A stretch of 64,000 nt of DNA, from contig NC_092371.1 of assembly GCF_030028105.1 (NCBI RefSeq), positions 14,405,884 through 14,469,883 of the forward strand, written 5' to 3'. Position numbers and translations under genes: made by a program. Below, piece after piece: positions 37,949 through 50,955 of the stretch (position 1 is the first letter of the stretch; every line of letters starts with the position of its first letter). This DNA is from Mobula birostris (lineage: Eukaryota). The notes beneath the pieces were generated by a model. It was not told the origin of the DNA. It saw nothing but the letters and a program-made list of their open reading frames with translations, and ran no database searches.

Positions 37949-39229
37949 CGTCATGGTCCGGTCCGTGAGGTCCGCATTCCGGTTCAAGGTCAGATCAGTG
38001 GACTCAGGACTCCGGGTCTTCCAGCTGTCCCTTGTTTGATTCAGTTAAGCATAGGTATCTGATTCCCAACTTGTGGCTTGGAATATAAAGCCTTGGGGTT
38101 GAGTGTGGCTGCTGGTTTGTCCTGTCAGTCCCCCGTGGAGCAACCTACTGATAGAAGGATAGTGAAACCATTCGTGATCTCCTGCCCTGGTTGGAGGACC
38201 ACCGGTTCCTGGAGCCTTGTTGCCACTCGTCGGAGCAGTCACGTGGTATGGATTCGGCCATTTCTGTAGCCAGCCAAGGTTGCTGGCTGCCCCGAGTCTC
38301 AGAGCCACCCTGGATTGAGCTCCTTTCCTGTGCTTGCCTCCGTCGGGTGAGCCAGGCCGATTGCCGTTACACTGCGGTGGTTCTGTCCCTTCCTGTCCCT
38401 TGCCTCCGTTGGGTAAGCAGGCCATTTATCGTTACCCTGCGGTTGGGTCCTTCCCTCCCTGTCCTTGCCTCCATCAGGTAAAGTTCCGCGTCCCGCCCAG
38501 GAGATCCACGTCCTGCCCAGGATTCCGTCTCCTGCCCAGGAGAAGCTGCAAGAACTCAAGCCTCGAGGATCCCAAGCCAAGCTCCAAGAACCCAAGCCTC
38601 GAGAATCTCAAGCCAAGCTCCAAGAGCCAAAGCCTCGAGGATCCCAAGCCAAGCTCCAAGAACCCAAGCCTCGAGGACCCCAAGCCAAGCTCCAAGAACC
38701 CAATCCTCGAGGATCCCAAGCCAAGCTCCAAGAACCCGAGCCTCGAGGATCCCAAGCCAAGCTCCAAGAACACAAACCTGAAGGCCCCAAACTTGAAGCG
38801 CACGGCCCAAGGCCGCAGCCTGCAGCGAAGCTCAAGACCCTAGACCACAGCCTGCAGCAAAGCTCAAGACCCAAGACCCAGCCTCAAGCCTCATGAGCAA
38901 AGACCCCAAGCTGTCTCCAAACTCAGGACCCTAGACCACAACCACGTCCTGTCCTGAAGCCATGTCATGCCCTTGCCTGTTTCTGGGGTCCAAGTCCGAG
39001 GCAATACCCAGGTTCTGGGTCCTTGACCAGTCTCGGGCTCGGAGTCGAAGCCTTGTCTCCTAATCCATGGTTTCTAGTTCTGGTTCCGCTTTCCCTACCC
39101 CAAGTCTGCGTTGTTGTCCCTGCTCCTGGTTTGAATCCTGTCACGTCCCTTCTCTAGTCAGGTCCTGCTGCTTGTACTTCAGTGTCTGTGTCTTGCATTT
39201 GGGTCCGTTACCAGCACCCCTCTGTGAGA
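37949..39229 (+). mobile_element. Complete solo LTR-like element family A in CR1, near-TSD CTCTA/CTTTA
   Basis: (C)GTCATGGTCCGGTCC...TGTGAGA; flanks 37944-37948 and 39230-39234 differ at one base. Confidence 0.75.
38550..38765 (+). repeat. 36-bp tandem repeat x6 inside the LTR
   Basis: Unit AAGAACCCAAGCCTCGAGGATCCCAAGCCAAGCTCC. Confidence 0.92.
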
Positions 39230-40027
39230 CTTTAAGATAGCCTTTCGACAAGTAGGCTTAAGCACAAGTTGCTTCAAAAAGCTATCTCTTAGGCACCAAC
39301 AAATTCCCCCTCTTGCCATCCGACACCAACGCGGCTTTCTCAATCGCCATGCATATTGAAGTTCCGCATTACAATTATTGGATTACCCTAATTGCATGTC
39401 TTTTGCAGCAACCTTTGCAATCTCAATCTCACATCCTAGCTACTATTTGGAGGCGGATGTATGATTCCCAGAATACCTATACATGATTCCCATAATGTTT
39501 TTTTTTTACACTTGCAATTTCTCATCTTTAGCCACAAAGATTCAACATTCCCTGACCCTATGTCAACTCTTTCTTTTTTTTTCTAATTTATTTTTTATTG
39601 AAGTTCTTCATCAAACAAAACTTTCCATAAGATGTATTTCAGATACTGTACATATATATCAAATAGCCATATTTGTCACAAATCTCCACATAATATTTAT
39701 CTGAGGTATACACTTATAGAAAGGAGAGGAAAGAAAGAACAATTAAAAGAAGAAAACTATGTACAAAGTCGGGAGTGATCTTTTTTTAGAACATATTCAT
39801 TGACTTGTGCTATGTCAACTCTTTCTAAAGATGTAATTCCATCGCTTACCAACAGAAACAAACCACTAACTATGCCTTCCTTCCTGTCCTTTCAATAAAA
39901 CTATATCCCTTGATGTTAAGCTCCAAGCTCTGGCCTTCTGTCAAACAAACACGACTCAGTGATGCCTACAACGTGATACCAACAAATCTCTAATTGCGGC
40001 ACGAGTTCGTCCACTTCGTCCCGAATG

Positions 40028-40300
40028 CTGCTGCTGCTGCTGCTGATGACGTGATTCAGCCTGAAAGGCCAGCGTCGGGCATTTTTATGCCTTACAGGGC
40101 GCGAATCGGAAATCTGTGTGGGGCGCAACTCCTCGCACAGACATTTCGCGGTATTTTTCTTTATTTTACGAGGTTGGGTTGCGAGCTCAACACTCAACCC
40201 GGCAAGGATGGAAAGCGTACTCGGGAGCGGTCCACTCGATTCCAACCCGGGAACCTCCGTTCCAGAGTCCGGCGCTGATGTCACTGTGCCATCAGCCAAC
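40028..40300 (-). mobile_element. tRNA-derived SINE with (CAG)n tail
   Basis: A-box-like TGGCACAGTGA and B-box-like GGTTGGAATC at the 5' end; CAG tail; inserted in CR1 at a ctgc site. Confidence 0.6.
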
Positions 40301-43189
40301 CTGCGCGCATTTAAACACATTACCTTCCTTGCTGCATTTTTCGCCCTTTTGAATTTTGCCTCTCTACAATTTAAATCCTTGCTCTGTTTGCATTTGTACC
40401 CAATGAATGGCTTGTTATTCTTTACGTTCTTGTTACCGCCATCATCTACTTGTTAACTTGCTGGTTCATCCTCAGCTCTACGATACTGGTTCCTACCCCC
40501 CTGCCATATTAGTTTAAACCACTTCCAATAGCTCTAAACAATCTGCCTGAAAGAATATTGGTCCCCTGGAATTTAAATGCGTTCGGTCTCTTTTGTACAA
40601 TTCTCACCTGCACAGGAGAGGTCCCAATTATCCAGAAATCTCAATCCCTGCCCCCTGCTTCTATTCTTCAGCCACGTATTTGTCTGCCACCACCTTATTT
40701 TATTCCTATCCTCACTGTCGCGTGGCCCAGGCAGCGATATCGAGATTACTACCTTTAAGTGCCTGCTTCTCAGCTTTCTTCTTAACTCCCTGTATTCTGC
40801 TTTCATGACCTTATCCCTTTTTCTTCCCATGCTATTGGTACTAATATAGAAACTTAGAAAATCTACAACAAAATACAGACATTTCGGCCGACGATGCTGT
40901 GCCGAACATGTACTTATTTTAGAAATTACCTAGGGTTACCTATGGTCCCCTGTTTTTTCTGAGCTCCATGTACTTATCCAGGAGTCTCTTAAAAAACCCT
41001 ATCGTTTCCGCCTCCACCTCAGTCGCCGGCAGCCCATTCCACACACTCACCACCCTTTGCGTAAGAAGAAAAAAAAATGCCCTGATATTTCTTTTGTACC
41101 TACTTCCAAGACCTTAAGGTTGTGCCCTCTTGCGTTAGCCATTTCAGCCCTGGGGAAAAGCTTCAGACTATCCACACGATCAATGCCTCTCATTATCTTA
41201 TACACCTCTCTAAGGCACCTCTCATCTTCCGTCCGTCCAAGGAGAAAAGGGCAAGTTCGATCAACCAATTCTCATAGGTCATACTCCCTAATCCGGACAA
41301 CATCCTTGTAAATCTCCCCTGCACCCTTTCTATAGTTTCCACATGGTTCCTGTAGTGAGTTGACTAGAAGTGAGCACAGTCCTCCATGTGGGGTCTGACC
41401 AGAGTCCTAAAGAGCTGTAACATGACCTCACGACTCTTAAACTGGGTTTCACGGTTGATGAAAGCCAATGACCGTATGACACTGTCAACCGGTGCAGCAG
41501 CCTTAAGTGCCCTATAGTCTTGGACCCCAAGATCCCTCTGATCCTCCACACTGCAAAGAGTCTTACCATTAATACTCTATTCTGCCATCATATATGACCG
41601 ACTAAAATGAACCATCTCAGACAATCCGGGTTGAGCTCCATCTGCCACTTCTCAGCCCAGTTTTGCATCCTATCGATGTTTCACTGTAACCTTGGACAGC
41701 CCTCCACACTATTCACAACACCCCCAACATTGGTATTATCAGCAAATTGACAAACCCAACCCTCCACTTCTTCATCCAGATCATTTTAAAAAATCACGAA
41801 GAGGAGGGGTCCCAGAACAGATCCTTAAAGCACATTACTGCCACCGGCCTCCATGCAGAATTTGACCAATCTACAACTACTCTTTGCCTTCTGTGAGCAA
41901 GGCAATTCGGGATCTCCAAAGCAGCATTCCTTTGGTGTCACACTTGATTGGTAGTATTCTCTCACGTCTTATCCTCTTGCTCTTAACGTACCTGTGGAAT
42001 GCCTTGGGGTTTCCCTAATCCTGCTTGCCAAAGCCTTCTCGTGGCCCCTTCTGGCTGTCCTAATTTCATTCTCCAGCTCCTTCCTGTTGGCCTTATAATC
42101 TAGATCTCTATCTTTACCTAGTTTTTTAACCTTTCATAATATGTACCAATAATTCTGGTTGCTCACCCTCCCTTTTCAGGATATTACCGATACAGAATCA
42201 TCTTGGACCCTGGCACCTGCAAGGCAAACTGCCACCTATGTTTCATTTTCGCGTCTCAGTATCACCTATCTGTCCTCCTAACCATGGAGACTCGTGTAAC
42301 TGTTGCCATCCTCTTCAATTCCATACTCCTCTGAGCCACAAGGCCACACTCAGTGCCAGAGGTTCGGCCGCTATTGTTTCTCGCAGGTAGATCGTTCCCC
42401 CTTCAACAGTCCTCAAAATGGAGTAATTATTGTGTATGGGGACGGCCACAGGGATGCTCTCCTCTATCTGACTATCTCCCTTCCCTCTTGTGACTACCAC
42501 TCGTTTATCTTTCTCCTGTAGCTCTGGGGTAACTATCTCCCCGTAGCTTCAGTCTATCACTGCTTCACTTTCACAGCAAGCCAAAGGCGCAACTCCAGTT
42601 CCAGAACACGGTCTCTAGGGAACTACATGTCGATGCACCTGGCGCAGCTGGGGCCAACGGGGAGACTTGGAGTGACCTGGAAATTTACAACTTATTCCAG
42701 TTCAATATCAAATCACATTTCATTGCAAACACCATGCTACTTTGTACTGAATCCTGTTCCACCGCCCCTTGGAGCAGGTTGCGTTTTCCACAAAACATGC
42801 CACCCTACTCACTGCAGGTGGGCTGATGCGTGAGTGGAGCAGTGAACACAAGCACGGAGCCGAGGGGCCGAAGAGCCTCTGTGGTTTTGCTGCCAGCGAC
42901 ATCTTACCCTGTTGCCATGTTTCACTCTAATGCGTACCAATTTGGAGAGGAAATAGAACTTGTTAGTCATATGGAACGTGCTGAGGAGGCAGTCCGTTTT
43001 TGAGCTCTGTGGGTTACGGAAAACCTGCGAACATGGATGGGCTGGCAGCGCAGAGAACAAACGGTTAATGCGGTCCAAAATTTCCCCAGCTCCTCGCACC
43101 GGGAATCTTTGAAGCCCCACTCCCTACGGATGACGTAACGCTACGATACGAGATCGGCTAATTTATGCAGAAGATGCCACAGATAGAAA

Positions 43190-43340
43190 ATTGTCTGCTT
43201 AGTGTTGTAGTGGTGACTGGAGGGTAAATATTGTACTCAGTCGTATCCCTCGAGCAGGTCGATGGGAGGTTGATTAGAAAATTAATTCAAAACATCGCAA
43301 GTTCCATAGCGCAGCACTCCTTACTCTCTGCAACCATGTT
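43190..43340 (-). mobile_element. Degenerate DeuSINE (SacSINE1-like) remnant
   Basis: gagggtaaatattg ... gcagcactcc, similar to the reverse Deu-domain as recalled. Confidence 0.35.
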
Positions 43341-44809
43341 GCGCCCTTCCCTCAGCACCTCCCCTCCCACATCGTGGCCTTACCTCAATACAACTTAAAC
43401 CCAATAGTTCAAGGCTGAGACTTAAACTCCCAGAAATGAACGAACTAACGCCCGTCAGAATGAAGGCTGGTCAGTGGGGCGTGACAGACACAGAACAATG
43501 GAATATGCCCAAGATTAATATTTATTTGTGGTGATAGATTACTCTCCTTTGTTTTGTTGCTGTTGTTGTTGTGGTTGACAACTAAAGTGATTCCCAGGAA
43601 TATCTGGTGCATGTATCTGATTGTACGCAAACATGCTTTGGAGTCAAAGAGCACATAACAGGCCCAACAGCCTACAAGGTGTATGCGGATCATACAAAAC
43701 CCATCTACTGTCGTCCTATTTGTTAGCACTTGACCTTTCTCCTTCCCTGCCTTACAAATTGTAGTCCTTAGCTTGATCTAATTTGTTTCAGGCATTGATA
43801 TCAGTGTGTCAGGTAATTCCCTGTGTACAGGATACTTAGAGAAGATACCCGTTTCCTTGGATTTACTTTGGGAACTTAGTGATTGGTTAATAGGTGGGGC
43901 AACTTGACAGTTAACATCTTGGAGACCTGTGTTCATACACGGAGCCTGTACCAGATGATCACCGTGGATGTCAGATGTCTCAACTCATCTCATCTTGCTC
44001 AGCTCCAGAGGTCACCTGCGGGATTCACAACAGAGATGGGTTAGCACAAAGAACCAGACCGTGAAATACCAAACGGTAAAACAGATGCACCCACACACAT
44101 AACAATATATCCAACAACGGTCATGGAGCAGGATCAGGAGATGGCATTAATCGGCATAGGATCTCGGAAGATAGTGAGAGGAGAGGTAGAGTGATGGGAA
44201 AGAAAGGGAGAGAAAGGTGGGAGAAATGGGTGAGAGAGGGAGAGGGAGATAGACAGACGCAGACACAGAATGGATGGGTAGACGGAGAGGGAGATGGTGA
44301 GTCGAAGAGAGAGATCATGGCATACAGACAGACATACAGCAGACTGGAAGGCACAGCCACAGATATAGAGAGAGATAGAGAAACAGACAGAAACAGGGGT
44401 GAACAGAGGGCAGAGAGGGATACAAACAAGCTCTCAAACACAGATGTAGTATAGAGGGGTTACTAGGGTTGCAGACAGTGTTGTTGATCTCCAGATTGGT
44501 GATACCTATTTTGAAAGAAAAAATATCTAAAATGAAGAACAACGCCACCAGAAGGTCGAGTAGATTTGGAGGGCTAATATGATAAAATTAAGAGATAAAT
44601 GCCTGTATCGCTGTTTTAATTAAATTTATTACCTGTCAGGGAAATATAGCGAAACCTAACAAATAGGTTAGTACAGCCCTTGCAACTGGATCCTCGATTT
44701 CCTTACTGGCAGACACCGGTCAGTACGGATTGACAGCAACATCTCTTCCACAATCACCATCAGCACAAATTTCTTTCCTGATCCCAAGCTGATTATGTTT
44801 CCCTAAAAT

Positions 44810-45700
44810 AAACCATAAGATCATAAGACAGAAGAGCAGAGTCAGGCCATTCTTTCCATCGGGTCTGCTCCACCATTCCGTCATCGTTGATTTATTATCC
44901 TTCTCAACCCCATTCTCCTGTAACCTCTGAAGCCCTCACTAATCAAAAACAGACGAATCTCTGCTCTAAACATATCCAATGACCTGGCTTACGCAATGTC
45001 TGTGGCAATGAATTCCACAGATTCACCACCCTCTGACTGAAATAATTCCTCATCATCTCTGTTCAAAATTGGAAATTCTTCTATTCTGCGTCTGTGCCTC
45101 TATTCCTAGTTTCCTTACTGTAGGAAATATACTCTTTACCAACACTCTATTTAGGCCTTTCAATATTAGATAGGTTCCACCCGCCTAGTCTTATTATTCT
45201 AAACTCCAGCGAGTACAAGCCCATAGCCATCAAACACTCCTCATAGTTTAATCTATCGGACCCAGACACATTCTCGTAAACCTCCTCTGCAGGTTCTCCA
45301 ATGCCAGCACATTCTTTCTTAGATAAGGAAAAATATTCAATAATGCAAAGTAAACCTACAGCTTCTTTTGGGCATCATAGTCATCTTAAAGCAGGATTCC
45401 CTGCTGATTCCATTCCTCATTTCTTCTCCATTGTGGGCGAGTCTAGAATAAGAGAGCACAGCCTCAGAATAGAGGGACGTCCATTTAGAACAGAAATGGG
45501 GGGAATTTCTTCAGCCAGAGGGTGATAAATATGTGGAATTAATTGCCACAGACGCCGTTGGAGGCCAATTCATTGCGTATATTTAAAGCGGAGGATGATT
45601 TTTGATTAGGCTGGGAATCAAAGAAGGCAGGGAAATGGGGTTGTAGAAGGATGGAATGGCGGAGCGGCCTCATTATTCTCCTATGTCTTATGGTCTTATA
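44810..45700. mobile_element. Two CR1 3' ends in opposite orientation
   Basis: Minus copy 44810-45340 and plus copy 45420-45700, with TAAGACCA-type tails. Confidence 0.7.
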
Positions 45701-46374
45701 ACGCACTAAGTGTAGCAGCCGCACTAATCATAGCAAGATCTCACAGATGAACTCAGGTGCCATTTTCCCCTTCAGTGTTGTGACCCCCAGCTGCCCTTGG
45801 CGTTGGCTGATGGACAGCGGAGTGCCTAGGACTGCCTTCGGAACACCGTCTGACAGCAAGGCTCTCCCTCATCACACCTCTGTCTGCAAGTCAGTCCCCC
45901 CTCTGGCAATATGTTGCGCTGTACTTACTGCTCTTCCCTCGGAGAGGTCGGTGCCCTGTCTGCCCGCTCCCCTCTCCTCCACTTCCAGCAGCAAATGAAG
46001 CACTTTCTCAGCAGTGGTGCAGAGATGGCTCGATACTCATGTGGCCCCCTGAGGGTGGTAAAGTGCCACCATAATTGACTGGCTTCTTCTCCCAAATCTG
46101 CCCCTCTCTCTCCAGGGGCGTAAGAACCCTACACTATTGTCCTCCCATTCCGAGCCCTGTGCTGCCTGCTCCAAACTTCAGTGCGTCTCTCAACATCTAC
46201 TCCTGCAGCTTGGAATGTACCAGTTCTTTATTCCTGATTTGTTGGGACTGCACTAAATTCATGGGAACAAATGAACACCAGCAGTATCCCCTTGGTTCGG
46301 AGGTGACAGGTGAGATGAAATGAGGATAGCATGTTTACTCCCGATTCAGTTCTCTCTTTCTGTCTCTCTCTCAC

Positions 46375-46415
<41 letters not shown>

Positions 46416-46589
46416 CCTTCACTCGTCACCTTCTGAAAGAGGGCTGATTGGAGGAAATGTAAAGGCAGGGCCAGTTGCTTTTCTTGGAGTTACCGGTGGA
46501 GGAGGCAGTTGCTTAAAGGTGCAATGTCCCTCCTCCATCCCAGCCAGTGCACACTGCAAGATTGACTGCCGCGGTTTCGGGTGACAGAA

Positions 46590-48550
46590 GCACCTCTTTA
46601 AAAATCCGGTCGCCATAATTTTGTCTTGGGGGTTTCTTTAATCCTGCTCGCCAAGGGCTTCTGATGGACCTTTCTGGCTCTCCTAATTCCATCCTTAAGC
46701 TCCTTCCTGCCAGCCTTATATTGTTGTAGATCTCCATCATTACCTAGTTTTTCGAAACTTTCATAAGCTTTTCTTTTCTTCTTGACTAGATTTTCAACAG
46801 CCTTTGTACACCATGGTTCCTGTGCTCTACCATCCTTTCCCTGTCTCACTGGAATGTAGCTATGCAGAGCGCCCAGCAAATATCCACTGAACATTTGCCA
46901 CATTTCTGCAGTACATTTACCTGAGAAAATCTGTTCCCGATTTTTGCTTCCAAGTTCCACCTTGATAGCTTCATATTTCCCCTTACTCCAATTAAACGCT
47001 TTCCTAACTTTTCTGTTCCTATCCGTCTCTATTGCTGTGGTAAAGGAGATAGAATTTTGATCACTATCTCCAAAATGCTCTCCCACTGAGAGACCTGACA
47101 CCTGACCAGGTTCATTTCCCAATACTAGATCAAGTACAGCCTCCTCTCTTTTATGCTCAATCACATACTGTCCTGAGCACATCTAACAAACTCCACCCCA
47201 TCCAAACCCCTTCCTAGAGGAGATAGCAATCAATGTTTGGGAAATTAAAATCTCCCTCCACGACAACCGTCTTATTATTACACCTTTCCAGAATATGTCT
47301 CCCTATCTGCTCCTCGATGTCCCTGTTACTATTGGGTGGTCTATTAAAAACATCCAGTAGAGTTACTGGCCTCTTCCTGTTTCTACCTTCCACCCAGAGA
47401 GACTCAGTAGACAATCCCTCTATGATTTCATCATTTTCTGCAGCCATGACACTATCTCTGATCAGCAGTATCAAGCCTCTACCTCTTTTGCCTCCCACCT
47501 TGTCCTTTCTGAAACATCTAAAGCTGGCACTGTAAGTAACCATTCCTACCCCTGAGCAATCCAAGTCTCTGTAATGTCCAAAACATCATCGCTCCAAGTA
47601 CTGATCCACCCACTAAGTCAATCCGCTTTGTTCACGATGCTACTTGCATTAAAATAGACACATCTCAAACCATCAGTCTGGGCGTATCCTTGCTCTATCA
47701 CCTGCTTTTCATCCCCCTCGCATTGTCTCCAAGCTTTCTCCATTTGTGAGCCAATCGCCTCATCCTCCGTCTTTACTGATGATTCCCACCCCCCAGCAAT
47801 TCCGGTTTAAACTCATCCCAAGAGCAAATCTCCCTGCCAGGATATTGACCCCTTTGTGAATCAAGTGCAACCCGTCTTTTTTGTACAAGGCACGCCTGTC
47901 CCAAATTAGATCCCAATGATACAGAAAACAGAATCTATGCCGCCTGCTCCAATCTCTCAGCCACGCATTTATCCTCCACCTCACTCTATTCCTATGCTCA
48001 CTGTCGCTTGGCACAGGCAGTAATCACGAGATTACTACCTTTGAGGTCCTGCTTCTCAACTATCTTCCTATCTCTCTGTAGTCTGGTTTCAGGGCCTCCT
48101 CCCTTCTCATACCTATGTTGTTTGTACCTATATGTACAACGACCTCTGGCTGTTCACCTTCCAACTTCAGCATATCGTGGACGCGATCAGAAAGCTCCAG
48201 GACTCTGGCCCCTGGGAGGCAAACTACCATCCGTGTTTCTTTCCTGCGTCCACAGAATCGCCTGTCTGACCTCCTAGCTATAGAGTCATCTATTACTGCT
48301 GCCTTCTTCCTTTCCCTACCCTTCTGAGCCACAGGGCCAGACTCTGTGCCAGAGGAGCGGCCACTGTTGCTTCCCCCAGGTAGGCCATCCTCCCACCCCA
48401 CCAACAGTAATCAAACAGGAATACGTATTGTTAAGGGGGACAGCCACAGGGGCAGTCTCTAGTATCTGACTCTTGCCGTTCCCTCTCTTGACTTTTACCC
48501 ACATATCTGACTCCTGAGGCTGCAGTGTGACTACTTGCCTATAGCTCCCT
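46590..48550 (-). mobile_element. CR1 LINE 5' part: ORF1 SGNH/esterase-like domain and ORF2 endonuclease
   Basis: AAVIDDSIARRSDRRFCG..VCLPGARV..VVVHIGTNNIG; RPPNSNRDIEEQI, GDFNFPNIDC. Confidence 0.85.
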
Positions 48551-50129
48551 TACTTTCTTTGGCGTGCTAATAGTTACCGCTGTAAGACGGTTCCGTGGAG
48601 TCGTACGTTCAGTGAAACGGTTTGGAAAGGGCTCAGCGGGGTCTCACCAGTATGCAGAACGGGGAGTCCCATTCTCCTAGACTGTACTTCTCGTCCCGCG
48701 GGTATCGCGGCGTTTCATGGTGCCTGTTGAGAACGTCTTTACGGATCGAAGTGTCCAACTGCCCGCTCCCCGCATCTGTGTCACTGGGAATCAGTCGCCG
48801 CCTTCTGGAAGAGGGCTGAGAGGAGAAAATGTAAAAGACGGGTTCGCTTGTTTTCCTAGGAGCTGCCGGAAAAGGAAGCAGCTGCTTAAAGAGGCAGTGT
48901 CCCTCCTCCATCGCAGCGGGTGCAAAGGAAAGTCTTAAGTTTCAGGGGACAACGAGCACTTCTTTAGAAATTCAGTCGATAGAATTTTAAAGGGCCTCTC
49001 CACTCTGTCTGAATTCCAACCCGATTCAACAGTTACGTATTGCCACTCCGGCAAACCTCCCCTTCCCATTAAAGGGACAGGGTGATAATTCATCTGGTCG
49101 CTCATACGCTTGTGGATGGCCTATTGCAAACGGACAACAAACTACCGCAATCGCCTAGTTGGCGATTGAAGAAAGATCCGAGGCAACTTACAAAGGAACT
49201 GAAGGATCGCATTGGGTCAGGGAGGATCTTTGGAAAGTAGACATTTCGTGTCAGGACCCTTTATCTGTGTTTCCAATGAAGACTGATTGTCCCCAAAATA
49301 TAAAGACCCCAGTTTCCCACGTTTACCTGCTGTTATTAAACTAAATGTAGGTGGTATTAAAATATTGGCATCAATATTAGTTTATTATTGTGACATGTAC
49401 CAAAATATACTGAAAAACTTCTCTAGGATGCGGCTTAGACGGATCAAATCATTCCAAAAAACCTGCGTACATCTATATTTTTAAGTGTCCAGCCGTTTGT
49501 GTTTACTTTCCCCTTATATTTGACTGCTTCCCTACCATCAGTGCAAAACCTCACACTCGGCGGAGTAAATCAATCGTCAACACAGATGCTGGAAAACACA
49601 CGCAAAGTGCTGCAGGAACTCAGTAGGTCAGACGGCATCTATGGAGAAGTATAATCAATCGACGTTTCGGGCCTAGACTAGTCATCAGGACTAATTCTAT
49701 CTTTTCGTCATCCAAATCTGCAATTGTCACATATTTTGCTGTAACCTTTAACAGGCCACAACACCGATCCCTGAGGGACACCACTTGTCACAAACCTCTA
49801 TCCCGAATACGTCTATGTGTTTATACATGAGTTGATATGCGCATATCACGTGATTTCCGATCATGATAATAGAACCACTTAGTGAAATCAAACACTCAGT
49901 TAAATTGGCTTATTATTGTACCGAGGAACAGTGAAAAAATCTTTCTTTCACGTCCATTCCAGAGAGATCCTTTCATCACATCAATACAATTTCTTTTGGT
50001 CACTGGCAACGCCCTCTATGCCAGCCTCCTCCCCCACCCTCCTCAACATTAAACTTGATCCCTCTCCTCCTTAAGCTGCGCACCAAGCTTCTGTTTAACT
50101 TCAACTTCTGTGCAAATATCCAGTAGGAA

Positions 50130-50430
50130 CTCCGAGTGCAGTCGACCCGCGCTGCCCACTGTGTGGTCTTCAGGCGAGAAGTTAAACTGAAGCCCGTCTA
50201 TTCATTGCCACTCCACTGAAAACAAGAGAAAGTGACCCCCTTCCGTCCCTGGAGACAATATATATAAATCCAGACCAGGCAGCATTACGTGACCGCTTTT
50301 AGGGAGCTTTCCGTGTAAATATTGGTCAGTGTCTTTTGAACATTGCAACATCGATGAGAAAAAACACTCCGTGGTGTGTTAAACAACTTGGGAATGCAGG
50401 AGGCGTGAAATATGTCAGAAACGTCCTCGG
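50130..50430 (+). mobile_element. Degenerate DeuSINE (SacSINE1-like)
   Basis: gaagttaaactgaagcccgtct ... ggagacaatata ... gggagctttccgtgtaaatattgg..cattgcaaca, similar to the Deu-domain as recalled. Confidence 0.45.
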
Positions 50431-50520
50431 CCGCCTCCAACACAACCATTGCCACCTGGAAACATCGCCAAACTATTTCATCAAACATTCTTAGATTTAA
50501 AATTAACCCCGATAAGGTAG

Positions 50521-50912
50521 CCGCCCACCCCACTGTATGTACTTCTTTGGAGAAAGACTTCCTGTCCTAATTAGGCCCTCATGATAAATATAACGAGTAT
50601 CCTGTCCACAGTGTCACAGCCCAAGGTTAGCACTATTTGGAGTACTCGAATGTGGTCTGACCAACACGAGCAGACTAGTATTTTTTATGTGTTTGCAAAC
50701 CGCGTTCCATTTGGGTGCACTTGGCCCCGCGTAAACAGGAAACCACAGCGCGCCTCTACCTTTTTCCAATACGACCGAACATTTACTAATAAGCATTACG
50801 TTTGATTTTCATCAATTACAAAGGACCTCACTCCCCCTCCCTTGCTCCAACTCTGCAAACCGATGAACACGCGTTTGCGATTAACAGTCGGGAGTTTAAC
50901 TCGGTCCGAACA
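50521..50912 (+). promoter_or_regulatory. TATA-less putative promoter of the VJ-C1 gene with ETS and RUNX motifs
   Basis: ACTTCCTGT (ETS, 50557-50565), CAGGAAACCACA (ETS core + RUNX, 50736-50747), GC-box-like CCGCCC at 50521; no octamer seen. Confidence 0.3.
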
Positions 50913-50955
50913 ATGAGATGCTTCGCGGTCTTCGCACTCTTTCACTTACTGCAAG
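50913..50955 (+). CDS. Non-rearranging VJ-C1-TM receptor, exon 1 (signal peptide MRCFAVFALFHLLQ)
   Basis: ATG at 50913, hydrophobic leader, 43 nt, phase-1 donor CAAG|GTGAAC matching the phase of the V exon. Confidence 0.8.

Larger units (their letters stand above)
35735..42600 (-). mobile_element. Stack of CR1 LINE copies (ORF2 and ORF1 fragments) with nested LTR and SINE
   Basis: IYKSLLRPHLEY, SQHRFCKGKSC, VVISLPGPR-type ORF1 remnants; a second CR1 tail at about 40845. Confidence 0.8.

Noticed and set aside
38550-38765. Tandem array as a CRISPR-like array
   Set aside because: Contiguous identical units with no unique spacers, in a eukaryotic LTR context.
43520-43600. Poly-Leu stretch as TM or leader
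   Set aside because: Derived from a (GTT)n microsatellite; no start codon or suitable splice phase.
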